A stretch of 64,000 bases of DNA, from the NCBI GenBank assembly GCA_051013385.1, contig CP143273.1, positions 1,728,001 through 1,792,000 on the forward strand, written 5' to 3'. This document shows positions 52,100-63,373 of the stretch, one piece after another (within the stretch, counting starts at the first letter, position 1; the number at the start of each line of letters is the position of its first letter). The translations under genes were made by a program, and so were the position numbers. This DNA comes from Phormidium sp. Lineage in GTDB: Bacteria; Cyanobacteriota; Cyanobacteriia; Cyanobacteriales; Aerosakkonemataceae. The notes under the pieces are model-generated. The model had not been told where the DNA came from, searched no databases, and worked only from the letters and a program-made list of their open reading frames with translations.

Positions 52100-53308
52100 T
52101 TAAACAAACTTGTGACCAAACTCATACATCAAATCAACCCTTCCCTTCCTTAACATCGCCGGATCTAACCTTTCAGTAGTATTACAAGTCAACAACACCA
52201 CGAATTTTTGTTGCTGCTGAATACCACCTTCCTCAATCACACTTTGATACAAAGTACCATCCAATAAACTCAAAATATGCTCAGTTCTAGTATTACCTTG
52301 AGCCGCTGCACTTCCCCGATCTTGAGCTAAATTATCCGCCTCATTAATGATCAGACAAATTCGCTCCAAATAGCTCGGCGGAATGAAATTTTCCACCGCA
52401 TCATGATCCAAAATAAAAATCACAAAACCCAAAGGCATCAAAATTTCTTTAGCTACCGCTTGAGTCCATGCAGTTTTACCAGTACCCGGTTCACCATGCA
52501 CCAAAACAGCTAACTGACTTTGATCAAGAACTGCTTGCTGAACTTTATCAGTAAAGCTTTGAATATCCTCTGGAAAACTGCGAATAGGAAACAAGCTATT
52601 AACCTGTCCTACACGACTTTTATACCCACTAAGAATCACCGCCAAATTGTAAGTTGCTTTGTTAATTAATGGCGCTAAATTTTTCGCCATCAAACTATAC
52701 CAACGTCGTCCCTTTTCATAGCTTTCTATTTGCAACCAAACTTGGTATTTCGACCAATAAGCGTAAATTGTTCCCGGAGTTTCCAAGCGTTCCCAATTGC
52801 TAAATTGAGACACTGGGTAATAGTAATATCGCTCCATGAAATACTGAGTAATAATATCAGGACGACCCATAATTTCCAAAATTTTCTTCACAGTAATTTC
52901 TTGGAGACGATTCAAAACATAATCAATCGGAATGCTATCCCGACTGACTGATTGATTAATTGGAGTTTCCGTTGTCAAAACATCTTTGAAACGGTAATCT
53001 GGCATAGAAGGTTCGGGAGTCAAGTAATTCCAGAACACATCTACTTCATATTTGACGTTATCAGAAAAAACATTTAAAAGATTAGCCCACCAAGTATATT
53101 CATTACGTCCCAAAGCATTAGCAAGGTCACTAATTACATCAGCAGTTTTCTGAGTCAATTCGTTGTTATCATTCCATACTAAATGCAAAAAATATTCTAA
53201 ATTAAACTGTCTGGATAAAGGTCGCCAGCCTGTTCCTAATAGACCTTTTGATTGCTGATTGTTCTGGCTGTAATTTTCTTCGTTGTTTCCGAAATATCCA
53301 AATGGCAT
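52100..53308 (-). CDS. AAA+ ATPase
   Basis: GEPGTGKT, LIINEAD, TCN..LDPAMLRKGRVD. Confidence 0.88.
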   Translation of the reverse strand: MPFGYFGNNEENYSQNNQQSKGLLGTGWRPLSRQFNLEYFLHLVWNDNNELTQKTADVISDLANALGRNEYTWWANLLNVFSDNVKYEVDVFWNYLTPEPSMPDYRFKDVLTTETPINQSVSRDSIPIDYVLNRLQEITVKKILEIMGRPDIITQYFMERYYYYPVSQFSNWERLETPGTIYAYWSKYQVWLQIESYEKGRRWYSLMAKNLAPLINKATYNLAVILSGYKSRVGQVNSLFPIRSFPEDIQSFTDKVQQAVLDQSQLAVLVHGEPGTGKTAWTQAVAKEILMPLGFVIFILDHDAVENFIPPSYLERICLIINEADNLAQDRGSAAAQGNTRTEHILSLLDGTLYQSVIEEGGIQQQQKFVVLLTCNTTERLDPAMLRKGRVDLMYEFGHKFV

Positions 53309-53371
53309 AATTAAATTTCAGTGCTATGGTGGCTAATTGTCGGAGATTTTTACTAATTTTAACCAGCCGCT

Positions 53372-53968
53372 TTAATTTGGCAACTGTTGTAAATACTTAG
53401 GTGGCACACGATTCACCAACCAAACTCCATTTTCCGAACAATAAAATTCATAATCATGCTTGTGCATTGCTGCTGCATCTATAGCAAAAACTACAGGTTT
53501 ACCATGCCTTGTTCCCACTTTTTTAGCAATACTAATACTCGTAGTTAAATGCACATGATGTCGAGACATTTTACACAAACCATTTTGCAAAATAGATGCC
53601 ACTGCATTAGCTCCTGTTCCGTGATATAACACATCTGGCGGCAAAGTGGGTGCCAACTGCAAATCAACCTCTACACTGTGACCTTGATTTGCGCGAATTA
53701 ATTTGCCAGTAGAATCAAAAGAAAAGCGCTTTTTATCATTTTTAGCAACTACTTCCTCTAATTCAGCAACAGTGAATAAAAATCCCTTTTTTTGACTTGC
53801 TTCCATCAATTCAGCAACAGAAACCCAGCCTCCTTCTGCCAGCTTAATACCTATTTCGTCCGGTGTATGCCGCAAATGTTTACTAAGATATTTGCTAATT
53901 TTAACCAAGCGAGAATTGTTCAACAGCATATCTTTAAAATTAATTAATATTCCTCCCCCACTCCACAT
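53372..53968 (-). CDS. kptA: RNA 2'-phosphotransferase (Tpt1/KptA)
   Basis: LRH, KKRF, IRANQGHS, LYHGT, RHHVHL. Confidence 0.95.
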   Translation of the reverse strand: MWSGGGILINFKDMLLNNSRLVKISKYLSKHLRHTPDEIGIKLAEGGWVSVAELMEASQKKGFLFTVAELEEVVAKNDKKRFSFDSTGKLIRANQGHSVEVDLQLAPTLPPDVLYHGTGANAVASILQNGLCKMSRHHVHLTTSISIAKKVGTRHGKPVVFAIDAAAMHKHDYEFYCSENGVWLVNRVPPKYLQQLPN

Positions 53969-54308
53969 ACTTTACTTGAGCGTACACAAAGGATTGTCTT
54001 ATATTGTAATACAAATTGCGAGAAATTGATTTCCGATGCTTTGTTACATTTTATTATCAATAGCTGAGCTTGTGAAAATAACGACTATTCCGCAAAAATT
54101 GCACACTCTTTTGGGAAAGCCTTTTAACTTTTTTACTCGCGCCTGTAGGTATAGGCGAATCAAAATCGGTAACATTTAATTCAGCGAGTCGCTGTTGCAC
54201 TTCTAAGGCGATAAGTTTGTATACTGATTGCATATTACTCATGACACCACCTGCTTTTTTCAACTTCAAAAATCCTTTGATTAAGCAATTAACCCCTAAC
54301 CCACCCTC

Positions 54309-54474
54309 GCTAAAATCAATAGATCAGTACATGGTTGTAACTTTGACAATGCACTTTACGCTTGTGACAATACTGGGCATAATTTGTCATACGATTAGGT
54401 ATTGCCCCTCCTACCTACTAAAAGCCAATTTATAAGATTGGAAGTAAGGTTATACTCGCCTCTATTGCTTTAGC
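54309..54474 (-). ncRNA. Candidate structured RNA immediately 3' of the DIP1984-like gene
   Basis: GCTAAAGCAATAGA/TCTATTGATTTTAGC closing stem; CCAAT/ATTGG and GGGCA/TGCCC hairpins. Confidence 0.45.
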
Positions 54475-54485
54475 TACCAACTTGC

Positions 54486-54944
54486 TTAATCGATTAATTC
54501 AGTATTCCAGTTTGCCCCTTGAATTGTTGTATCCAATTCTCGACATTCTCTAGATAAGCGATCGACTTGTGCTTGCAATTCAGTAATATTTACTGTACTG
54601 AAATACTTGATTTCAGATTGACTATATCGGTTTTGGTTTAACGCTGCTGCGTTAACTAGAGAATCATAAATGCTGCGTTTTAGTAAGAGTGTATCTCTTT
54701 GTGCTAAGGCATCAGATATAGTTACCCCTTCTCGAAGATTTGTTAGAGAGTTAGTTTTGTTAATTCTCTGAATTAAGTCTGTTAATTCGCGCAATGTTGT
54801 TTCTAATTCTGCAAGCAATGTTGAGGGATTTTCTGGTGGTTGTTCTCCCTCTTGCACTCTGGCACTTCTGATCAATCTTTGGCGCAATTGCTCAACTCTT
54901 TTTTGGCAATCTGCTCTGAGGATTAAAGCTTCTGATAATTTCAT
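54486..54944 (-). CDS. DIP1984-family coiled-coil protein
   Basis: MKLSEALILRAD, VQEGEQPPENP, IQGANWNTEL. Confidence 0.85.
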   Translation of the reverse strand: MKLSEALILRADCQKRVEQLRQRLIRSARVQEGEQPPENPSTLLAELETTLRELTDLIQRINKTNSLTNLREGVTISDALAQRDTLLLKRSIYDSLVNAAALNQNRYSQSEIKYFSTVNITELQAQVDRLSRECRELDTTIQGANWNTELID

Positions 54945-55045
54945 AGTATTTAAAAAGATGATTATTTCTCTACTCGCTAGATTAATGGTGCGTTACGGCT
55001 GCGCCTAACGCACCCTACTTTTTACTAACGCACCCTACTTTTTAC

Positions 55046-55450
55046 CTAAAAAGGTGGGATTTTTAGGCTTTTTGGTAAATTTGTTTTGGGGTCAATTTCA
55101 CCGCGAAAATCTTCGCCATAGTAGGCAGCCACAATATGAATTTTACCAATAATATGACGGTTGAACTCTGCTAATTCTTCTGCTGGTACCCACAATTCTT
55201 GGCAAATTCGACTACCTACAGTTTGCACAGGAAATTTTTTGACATAAATATCTTCTACCTCAAATTTGGTAATGAAACCAGCACAACTATTGCTTTTCGT
55301 ATTCCAATCACGGGCAATTTTTTGGGCATACTCAAAATTGAGTACCGGATAAAAAATTGGTTGAACAGGAAGACGGGGAGGGAAAGCTTTAAAATTTGCT
55401 CTGGCAATTAAGTCAAGTTCTTTTAACCCTACAGGGCGATAGAGAAGCAT
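55046..55450 (-). CDS. Conserved protein often annotated as ADP-ribosylation-related
   Basis: LYRPVG..EL...FPPRLPxQPIFYPVLN..YA..IARDWN. Confidence 0.65.
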   Translation of the reverse strand: MLLYRPVGLKELDLIARANFKAFPPRLPVQPIFYPVLNFEYAQKIARDWNTKSNSCAGFITKFEVEDIYVKKFPVQTVGSRICQELWVPAEELAEFNRHIIGKIHIVAAYYGEDFRGEIDPKTNLPKSLKIPPF

Positions 55451-55537
55451 CTTTACCTCACCTCAGTTTTTCGGGGATTGGTGATAGGGAAAAGTTAAAA
55501 ATTTTCCCTGCCACTAATCTTTTTTACCTAACTTTGC

Positions 55538-55822
55538 TTAAGAAACCGGAATTACTAACAAAGTGATATCCCGAATTCCAACTATTAAAATTGGTGCGTC
55601 AGGAGGTAGATGCTTTTGCTCATTTGCTTGGTAAAATTCAGCAGGCCAATAGCTGCCCATTGCTTTGACTCTACCACGTTGATGGGGTGCAATTGTTTGC
55701 ACTACAGTACCTTGCTTTGGTTCTGTAAACATTTCCACTTGAGAAAGGAACAATTCTCTCATCCGCTGACCCCCTTTAGCTTCCGAGTAGAAAAATAAGT
55801 AGGCGACAGTATGATTTGTCAC
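55538..55822 (-). CDS. NfeD-like OB-fold protein
   Basis: GRVKAMGSYWPA...VGIRDITLLV. Confidence 0.7.
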   Translation of the reverse strand: MTNHTVAYLFFYSEAKGGQRMRELFLSQVEMFTEPKQGTVVQTIAPHQRGRVKAMGSYWPAEFYQANEQKHLPPDAPILIVGIRDITLLVIPVS

Positions 55823-55908
55823 CCCTTTAGTTATTCACTCCCTCTACTGAATGTTCCGTATTAATCGTGGTTTTTTTTACTGGGTATTGCCCACCTTGGT
55901 AGCTATTA

Positions 55909-56088
55909 GACCTCTGCAAAAATTACTGTCATGACTTACGCATTGATACTAAATATGGTGGAATGGTGCGTTACGTTACCACGCTTCGCACCCTACGAAT
56001 AGAGGCTTTGCGTAAGTCCTAACTCTGTTATCTATAACCCTTGTAGAGAGGTTTCATGCAACGTCTCTACAATCTTTTTTGCAGAGGT
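55909..56088. repeat. Nested inverted-repeat miniature elements
   Basis: ACCTCTGCAAAA/TTTTGCAGAGGT enclosing GACTTACGCA/TGCGTAAGTC. Confidence 0.6.
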
Positions 56089-57594
<1,506 letters not shown>

Positions 57595-57757
57595 TTAACA
57601 AGGGGGACTTTGAATTAATTTAATTCCCTCTCTGGTTCCCCCCTTGGTAAGGGGGGCTAGGGGGGATCTGACTCATTTTTGAAACGGGTTTTTATCATCT
57701 AAAATCCAAAATTGTCAGGGGCAGATATCGCACGCACGGCAATATTATTAATAATAA

Positions 57758-57901
57758 GCCGCGCAAGTTGAGGGAGCTAAATTTGCCTGCTAATAAAGGC
57801 CCAGGCTTGCATCCTACTATCCAATGTAGGAACCTTTCTATCGTGTAGGATAGAGCTACCTGTCGGTAGCTGTGTGTAAGCTCCCCCTGTTAGGGCGCGG
57901 C
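57758..57901 (-). ncRNA. Candidate Y-RNA-like RNA (copy D), non-tRNA hairpin cargo
   Basis: GCCGCGC/GCGCGGC stem, CCCTAAC..GGGAGCTTACACAC / AGCTCCC..AACTTG. Confidence 0.75.
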
Positions 57902-57946
57902 GATAACTGCTATTTTTGTTATTTGTTATTTGTCATTTGTTATTTG

Positions 57947-58333
57947 TTATTTGACGGAAACTTTTGCACCGACTGCTTCTAACTGGTGCTTGATGTCTTC
58001 AGCAATGTCGAGATCGATCGCACTTTTCAGCACTTGCGGTACTGACTCAACCAAATCTTTTGCTTCCTTCAAACCGAAACCAGTCAATTCTCGCACAACT
58101 TTAAGAATGGCAATCTTTCTATCGACTGGTACTTCTTCCAAAACCACATCAAACGTTTTGAATTCAGGTGGATCTTGGTCTATCACAGGATCGATAATCG
58201 GAGGAATAGGGATAACTTTGTTAACCGAAGCATCAACATCAAAAGTCGCCTCAATCTGCTTAACTAATTCGGCAGTTTCCAACAAAGTTAGAGATTTTAA
58301 TTGTTCTAGAATTTCTAGGGTTTTGGTAGACAT
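57947..58333 (-). CDS. rplL: Ribosomal protein L7/L12 paralogue
   Basis: LTLLETAELVKQIE, FDVVLEEV, GLKEAKDLVES; not next to rplJ. Confidence 0.9.
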   Translation of the reverse strand: MSTKTLEILEQLKSLTLLETAELVKQIEATFDVDASVNKVIPIPPIIDPVIDQDPPEFKTFDVVLEEVPVDRKIAILKVVRELTGFGLKEAKDLVESVPQVLKSAIDLDIAEDIKHQLEAVGAKVSVK

Positions 58334-58373
58334 AGCTACCTCCTCTAAACGATAAACAAATTTAGTAAATTAA

Positions 58374-58501
58374 CACTTCGCACAAGTTGAAAAAGCTGTT
58401 GTGTTCACACACAGGATTTGAACCTGTATATACTTGAATCTAACTCAAGCGCCTTTTCCATTTGGCTAGTATGTAAGCTTTTTCCGTTGGGGTGCGAAGT
58501 G
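58374..58501 (-). ncRNA. Candidate Y-RNA-like RNA (copy A) enclosing a full cloverleaf (TAG-like anticodon)
   Basis: Scaffold + D arm, CTTGA-GTTAGAT-TCAAG, ACAGGTTCAAATCCTGT. Confidence 0.8.
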
Positions 58502-58616
58502 CTAATTTTTTTAGTCATACAAGCTTAATTTAATTAGGTTTGTTGTAGCGACTTTAGTCGTACATTCCAAGGTAGAAGGACTGAAGTCCTCACAACGAAC
58601 CAGTGTTGAGTAAAGT

Positions 58617-58741
58617 CACTTCGCGCAAGTCAAGAAAGCTGTTGTTCATACGTAGGATTTGAACCTACTACTTTTCGTTTATGGAACGATCGCTCTACCA
58701 ATGAGCTAGTATGTAAGCTTTCTAAATTGGGGCGCGAAGTG
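58617..58741 (-). ncRNA. Candidate Y-RNA-like RNA (copy B) enclosing a full cloverleaf (CAT-like loop)
   Basis: Scaffold + TAGCTCATTGGTAGAGC D arm, GTAGGTTCAAATCCTAC T arm. Confidence 0.8.
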
Positions 58742-58772
58742 TTTGTCCTCCAACTAGTAAGAAATAAGGTGG

Positions 58773-58980
58773 TTCCGCACAAGTAAAAAAAGCTAGTCAC
58801 TTGCAGTTCTACTATTTGAACTACGGCTCCAAGAAATAGACAAAAGAAAAGAGGTTTTCTTACTTTTGTCTTTGTTTTTCTCCTTTTCACTTCCGAAAGT
58901 GGAGCCGATAGGATTTGCACCTATAACCTCTCGCTTATCAGGCGAATATGTGTGTAAGCTTTTTGGGTTAGGGTGCGGAA
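58773..58980 (-). ncRNA. Candidate Y-RNA-like RNA (copy C) enclosing a circularly permuted tRNA (GAT anticodon)
   Basis: Order anticodon arm, T arm, CGGCTCC..GGAGCCG acceptor, D arm. Confidence 0.8.
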
Positions 58981-59018
58981 AAACCTTTTGGGATTAAGGG
59001 GTTTCAAAATTTTTTGTG

Positions 59019-59240
<222 letters not shown>

Positions 59241-59302
59241 TTAAATTGTAGATTTTATTGAAGATTTCTCATAAAGGAGGGCTTTTAAAAAGCTCATAAA
59301 AC

Positions 59303-59503
59303 TTACCAAAAACAACGCCGCTCTAAATGATAATCTTGCTGAATTTGTTTGTGTTTTTCATTAATTTGAGTTTGTCTGAGATGTTCAGAATGTTGGGATT
59401 TTAATTCTGTCTCAGAGGGGTTGGAAGTCAAATTTATCTGCTCATTTTTCGAGTCAGATTTGGTAGATGGCTTCCCAAATAGCTTGGTGTAAAGTATCAA
59501 CAT
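59303..59503 (-). CDS. Hypothetical protein
   Basis: 66-aa ORF after promoter/boxA. Confidence 0.45.
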   Translation of the reverse strand: MLILYTKLFGKPSTKSDSKNEQINLTSNPSETELKSQHSEHLRQTQINEKHKQIQQDYHLERRCFW

Positions 59504-59569
59504 GATAGACTATCCCTAAATAAAGGTTTCTCAATTTCGTCTGAGAATTATTACCTAATTAATTATTCA

Positions 59570-59582
59570 GTTTTCAAGGTGC
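59570..59582 (-). promoter_or_regulatory. boxA-like element
   Basis: GCACCTTGAAAAC on - strand. Confidence 0.6.
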
Positions 59583-59634
59583 AGATTTCGCAAGCGAGGT
59601 GAAGAAAAATCTTTCCTCAACTCATCATGTTTAT

Positions 59635-59664
59635 ATACTACAAGCATAATACAAAAAGTGTCAA
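59635..59664 (-). promoter_or_regulatory. Promoter of the Ubl/Y-RNA/TROVE gene run, with TGTAKTAT repeats
   Basis: TTGACA-18 nt-TAGTAT; aligns with the tRNA array promoter. Confidence 0.65.
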
Positions 59665-59705
59665 GGGGTAAAACAAACTTTTTTTAGCGGGGTGGAAAAT
59701 GAGGT

Positions 59706-60665
59706 TTAAACGTCTTTGTAGTACGATACCCAGGTATAGAGTTTGCGGAAACCAACAGATTCATAAAGTTGTCTTGCGCCGTTGGGGTTATCGTAATCTA
59801 CACCGATTTTGGCGATGTTCATTCCCGCAGCAAGTAACTTTTGCATTCCGCTAAGTAACATTGCTTTTCCAAGTCCTAAGCGACGAAAACCGCGCCTTGT
59901 TCCGAGAGTATTTACCCAACCTTCTTGACGATCGCTGCGTTTGTTGTCTTCGGGATAAATGGCACAATAACAGTAGGAAGCAAAGGTGTCATCGGGAGCG
60001 ATCGCAACTAAATCCAACTCCGCTCTATAATCTGGATTGCTACGCCAATGTTTGTATTCGTCTACTGCTAAATCGTGATGATTCCAGTGATCGATAAACG
60101 ATTGGTTGTGCATTTCTACCCAAGCTTCCGCATCTTGTCCAGTTATTACAGAACGAACTGTAAAACCTGCGGGAAATTGAGGTTCTGGGAGTGGTTCTTG
60201 GAGACTGCGTTGCATTGTCAGAAAATAGCGATCGGCACTGAAACCGTTTTCTTGTAGTATGGCGATGTGATCGAATCGATCATCCCGACTCTGACAACGC
60301 AATTTGACAGAATTAACACCCTGTTCTTTTGCCAGTTCCCAGAGACGTTCTTCTCCCCAATTGATAATTTCCCGTTCCAAAGTTCCCCCACGAGCTAGAG
60401 GGTGAACATGAAACCCAAGATATCCATCGGTTAATTCCCCAAGCGGATGCCACAATGTAGCACAAGCAATTAATTTACCTGTGTCATCTTCCCAAAGTTG
60501 TAAATCACGTTGTTTGTCGAAACATGGGTCATTAAAATCGCGTTCCAGTTCGGAAACTGTTGTCCATTGTTCGAGTTGATCTACTGCTTCGCAAGCTTCC
60601 CTGAGATTTACGATCGCTTCTAAATCCGTTTCACCCCTATAGGAGCGCTTTGTTAGAGTTAACAT
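59706..60665 (-). CDS. Tandem GNAT acetyltransferase
   Basis: VHPLARG and RRGFRRLGLG motif A; ARQLYESVGF. Confidence 0.9.
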   Translation of the reverse strand: MLTLTKRSYRGETDLEAIVNLREACEAVDQLEQWTTVSELERDFNDPCFDKQRDLQLWEDDTGKLIACATLWHPLGELTDGYLGFHVHPLARGGTLEREIINWGEERLWELAKEQGVNSVKLRCQSRDDRFDHIAILQENGFSADRYFLTMQRSLQEPLPEPQFPAGFTVRSVITGQDAEAWVEMHNQSFIDHWNHHDLAVDEYKHWRSNPDYRAELDLVAIAPDDTFASYCYCAIYPEDNKRSDRQEGWVNTLGTRRGFRRLGLGKAMLLSGMQKLLAAGMNIAKIGVDYDNPNGARQLYESVGFRKLYTWVSYYKDV

Positions 60666-60747
60666 AAGGTGTGTAATTCAGACATACTTCAATATACTAC
60701 CTAATGTATTATGAAGTAGTATGAAGTTAACTCACCCGATCGGGTGA

Positions 60748-60975
60748 ACTGAGATCTTGCACCTGTGCTTTTAGCCCACCTGCGAATCAATTCGCAGGCT
60801 AATAGCTTAAGTCCACTTAAGTGGACTGAAAGTACTAACGAAAAACCGGGTTTATCGGCTTATGGTGCGTAAGCCCTATTGATTTCAAATATTTTAGTCC
60901 TCTTTAGAGGAGTTTCGCTATAAGAAAAGCGAATTGATTCGCAGGCGGATTTTGGGACTGGTGCAAGATTTGAGT
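60748..60975. repeat. MITE-like element with AGATCTTGCACC terminal IRs
   Basis: IRs plus internal CCTGCGAATCAATTCGCAGG palindrome. Confidence 0.6.
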
Positions 60976-60998
60976 GAAGCAAGGGGAAAGCTCAAAAC

Positions 60999-61727
60999 TT
61001 ACCCAGTACCCAATCCCCATTCAATCAACTCAGTAACACCTGCGCCTCTACTATTTGTAGTTACCAAATCTACCCGATCTTTTACAGCAGGAAGGGCATT
61101 AGCAACAGCAACCGAGTAACCGCAAATACTTAAAAATGCCAAGTCATTTTCAGCATCTCCTACACCAACGATCGCATCTAGCGAAATCCCCAACTCATTA
61201 GCTGCTGCAATTAAACCAGCTTCTTTATCAATACCTTTTGGTAAAATCATCACTGCACCTTTGTTCAGAATTACTTGTAAATCCAGGTTCATTTCCTGAA
61301 TTAAAGCAAGTGCTTCTACACTGTAAGGTTCCCAGGTAGCGACGATAATTCGACCTACACCGACTATTGGATAATCTGACTGAATATGAGCAAATTCTTT
61401 AGAACTTTGTTGATCTTTAGCTTGACTTGCTTTGTGAATGCGATCGTTCAACTGTTGAATAAACTCTGCTGATGGAGGTTCAGCTAATGGTTTTTCAAAC
61501 TTACTAGCTGGTTGATAAAGTATTGCGCCGTTCTCCGCTACCACCCAATCAAAAAAATCGAGACAAGTAGCAATGTTTAATAAATCATCCAACTGACGAC
61601 CTGTGATTAAAATTAGTTTGCGTCCAGAATCTCGCCATTGTTGCAATGCTGCCAAAGTGCGATCGTCAACCTGTCCATCTGTGGCAAGGGTGCCATCATA
61701 ATCTGTCGCTAGTGCAAGGTAACTCAT
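60999..61727 (-). CDS. HAD (Cof/SPP-type) hydrolase
   Basis: DYDGTL, TGR, GDAEND. Confidence 0.9.
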   Translation of the reverse strand: MSYLALATDYDGTLATDGQVDDRTLAALQQWRDSGRKLILITGRQLDDLLNIATCLDFFDWVVAENGAILYQPASKFEKPLAEPPSAEFIQQLNDRIHKASQAKDQQSSKEFAHIQSDYPIVGVGRIIVATWEPYSVEALALIQEMNLDLQVILNKGAVMILPKGIDKEAGLIAAANELGISLDAIVGVGDAENDLAFLSICGYSVAVANALPAVKDRVDLVTTNSRGAGVTELIEWGLGTG

Positions 61728-61801
61728 TCGATTTTGGATTTTAGATTTTAGATTTTTATGGCTGGAATTGCCATTTATTTAGCTGGTTGTTGGAGTGACT
61801 C

Positions 61802-62245
61802 TTATTTCAATAATCGAATAAATCCTGCTTGTTCAAAATGATGATCTGTTGTCAGTGCTTCTTGTAAACCAAGTTGCTGCATGATTATAAAAGAAGTAGC
61901 ATCTACTAAAGACCAGGTTTTATCGGCTCTACTTTTAAGTAAAGACCAAGCTGCTGCTTCTATGGTTGAATCTATGTAAATGATGTTAACATAAGAGGCA
62001 GTTTTCACAGCATCTACATATTCAAATAGTTGATAACGAGGAACACGCAAAGGACTGTTGAGTAAAGCGACTAATTCAGCAACAACATAGTTACTTGTAA
62101 CCATTTCTAGCTGTTGTTTTCGGGATTTAACAAACCATTCTTTGGCTTGTTGATGATAAGATTCTGATGCTACAAACAGTTCTGCCCATCCAGAGGTATC
62201 TATAAAAACTTTATTCGGCACTGGCGATTTCCTGTTGTAAAGCAT
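61802..62245 (-). CDS. vapC: VapC PIN toxin
   Basis: FIDTSGW, SLVDATSF, TTDHHF. Confidence 0.9.
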   Translation of the reverse strand: MLYNRKSPVPNKVFIDTSGWAELFVASESYHQQAKEWFVKSRKQQLEMVTSNYVVAELVALLNSPLRVPRYQLFEYVDAVKTASYVNIIYIDSTIEAAAWSLLKSRADKTWSLVDATSFIIMQQLGLQEALTTDHHFEQAGFIRLLK

Positions 62246-62468
62246 TACCTATATAGCGATCGTGGTTTTCCCCAATGTCATTAACTTCTGCGGTTAATGT
62301 ACCTAATAACGGTGCAATAGGATCAAATTCATCTGGAATTGGTGAATCGGCTAATTGAGTTAGAGACTGCACGATTAAGCTTTCTAAGGACATATTTAGT
62401 TGTCTAGCTCGTTGCTGCAACTGTTCCTCTAATTCTTCCGGGAGTTGAATTGCTAAAGTTTTACTCAT
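62211..62468 (-). CDS. RHH-type antitoxin
   Basis: LAIQLPEEL..RARQLNMS; overlaps vapC. Confidence 0.75.
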   Translation of the reverse strand: MSKTLAIQLPEELEEQLQQRARQLNMSLESLIVQSLTQLADSPIPDEFDPIAPLLGTLTAEVNDIGENHDRYIGNALQQEIASAE

Positions 62469-62627
62469 AATTCTAATTCTCTAATTTTAGATATAATTTT
62501 AACATCAAAATATTTTTTCTGGCGCATTCTATCAATATATCCTACCGTAAAGCTGCATTTACATCTGCGTTCATCTGCGTTTATCTGCTTTCATCTGCGG
62601 TTAAAAAAAGATTTTCCCGGAGGCGTT

Positions 62628-63263
62628 ATGTCCATCTTCTTCCACGAACAACTATACAGAACCTCAGAAATAATGGCAAAAATTAAAGATTTTTCCATTA
62701 CTATTTGTGGCGCAGGTGCTTTAGGTGCAAACATTACCGAAAATTTAGCGCGATCGGGTTTTACTAAGCTGAAGGTGATCGATCGCGATCGCATCGAAGA
62801 ACGCAACCTTTCCACCCAACCATATTATCGCTCCGATGTCGGCGCTTTCAAAGCCAAAATACTCGCTAACTCCCTTTATCGCGCTTTGGGAGTAACTGTA
62901 GACGCACAAACCAAAGAATTAACCCCTACAAATGCGGCGCAATTAATTTCCAGTAACTCTTTAGTTATTGATACCTTTGATAACAGCATTTCCAGAAAAG
63001 CAGTTAAAGATTACTGTGAAAATGCTCATCTTCCTTGTTTGCACGTCGGACTAGCGGGAGACTACGCCGAAGTAATTTGGAATCAAGAATATCGCATACC
63101 TTCCCCTGCAAATGATGATGTCTGCGACTACCCTTTAGCACGCAATTTAGTTACCCTTGCAGTCGCCGTTGCTTGTGAAACAGTTGTTACCTTTGTAGCT
63201 ACAAGTAAACAAAACAATTTCACTGTCACCTTGGCAGATTTGGCAATCCAATCCTATCATTAA
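62628..63263 (+). CDS. ThiF/E1-family adenylyltransferase
   Basis: GAGALG, DRDRIEERNLSTQ, DTFDN. Confidence 0.9.
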   Translation: MSIFFHEQLYRTSEIMAKIKDFSITICGAGALGANITENLARSGFTKLKVIDRDRIEERNLSTQPYYRSDVGAFKAKILANSLYRALGVTVDAQTKELTPTNAAQLISSNSLVIDTFDNSISRKAVKDYCENAHLPCLHVGLAGDYAEVIWNQEYRIPSPANDDVCDYPLARNLVTLAVAVACETVVTFVATSKQNNFTVTLADLAIQSYH

Positions 63264-63373
63264 TTCTTCACAACAAAAAGTCCTGTAGTTAGTTAAAACC
63301 ACAGGACTTAAAAACTAATTGGGGTAGAACAAAAGGAAATTACTTGCTAATTTATTTCGCATTTCCCTATAAT

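Noticed and set aside
58374..58741. Ordinary tRNA-Leu/tRNA-Met genes
   Set aside because: Acceptor stems are only ~5 bp, have no discriminator/CCA and continue into the shared scaffold
58630..58920. 96-aa ORF
   Set aside because: Overlaps two structured RNAs; no protein features
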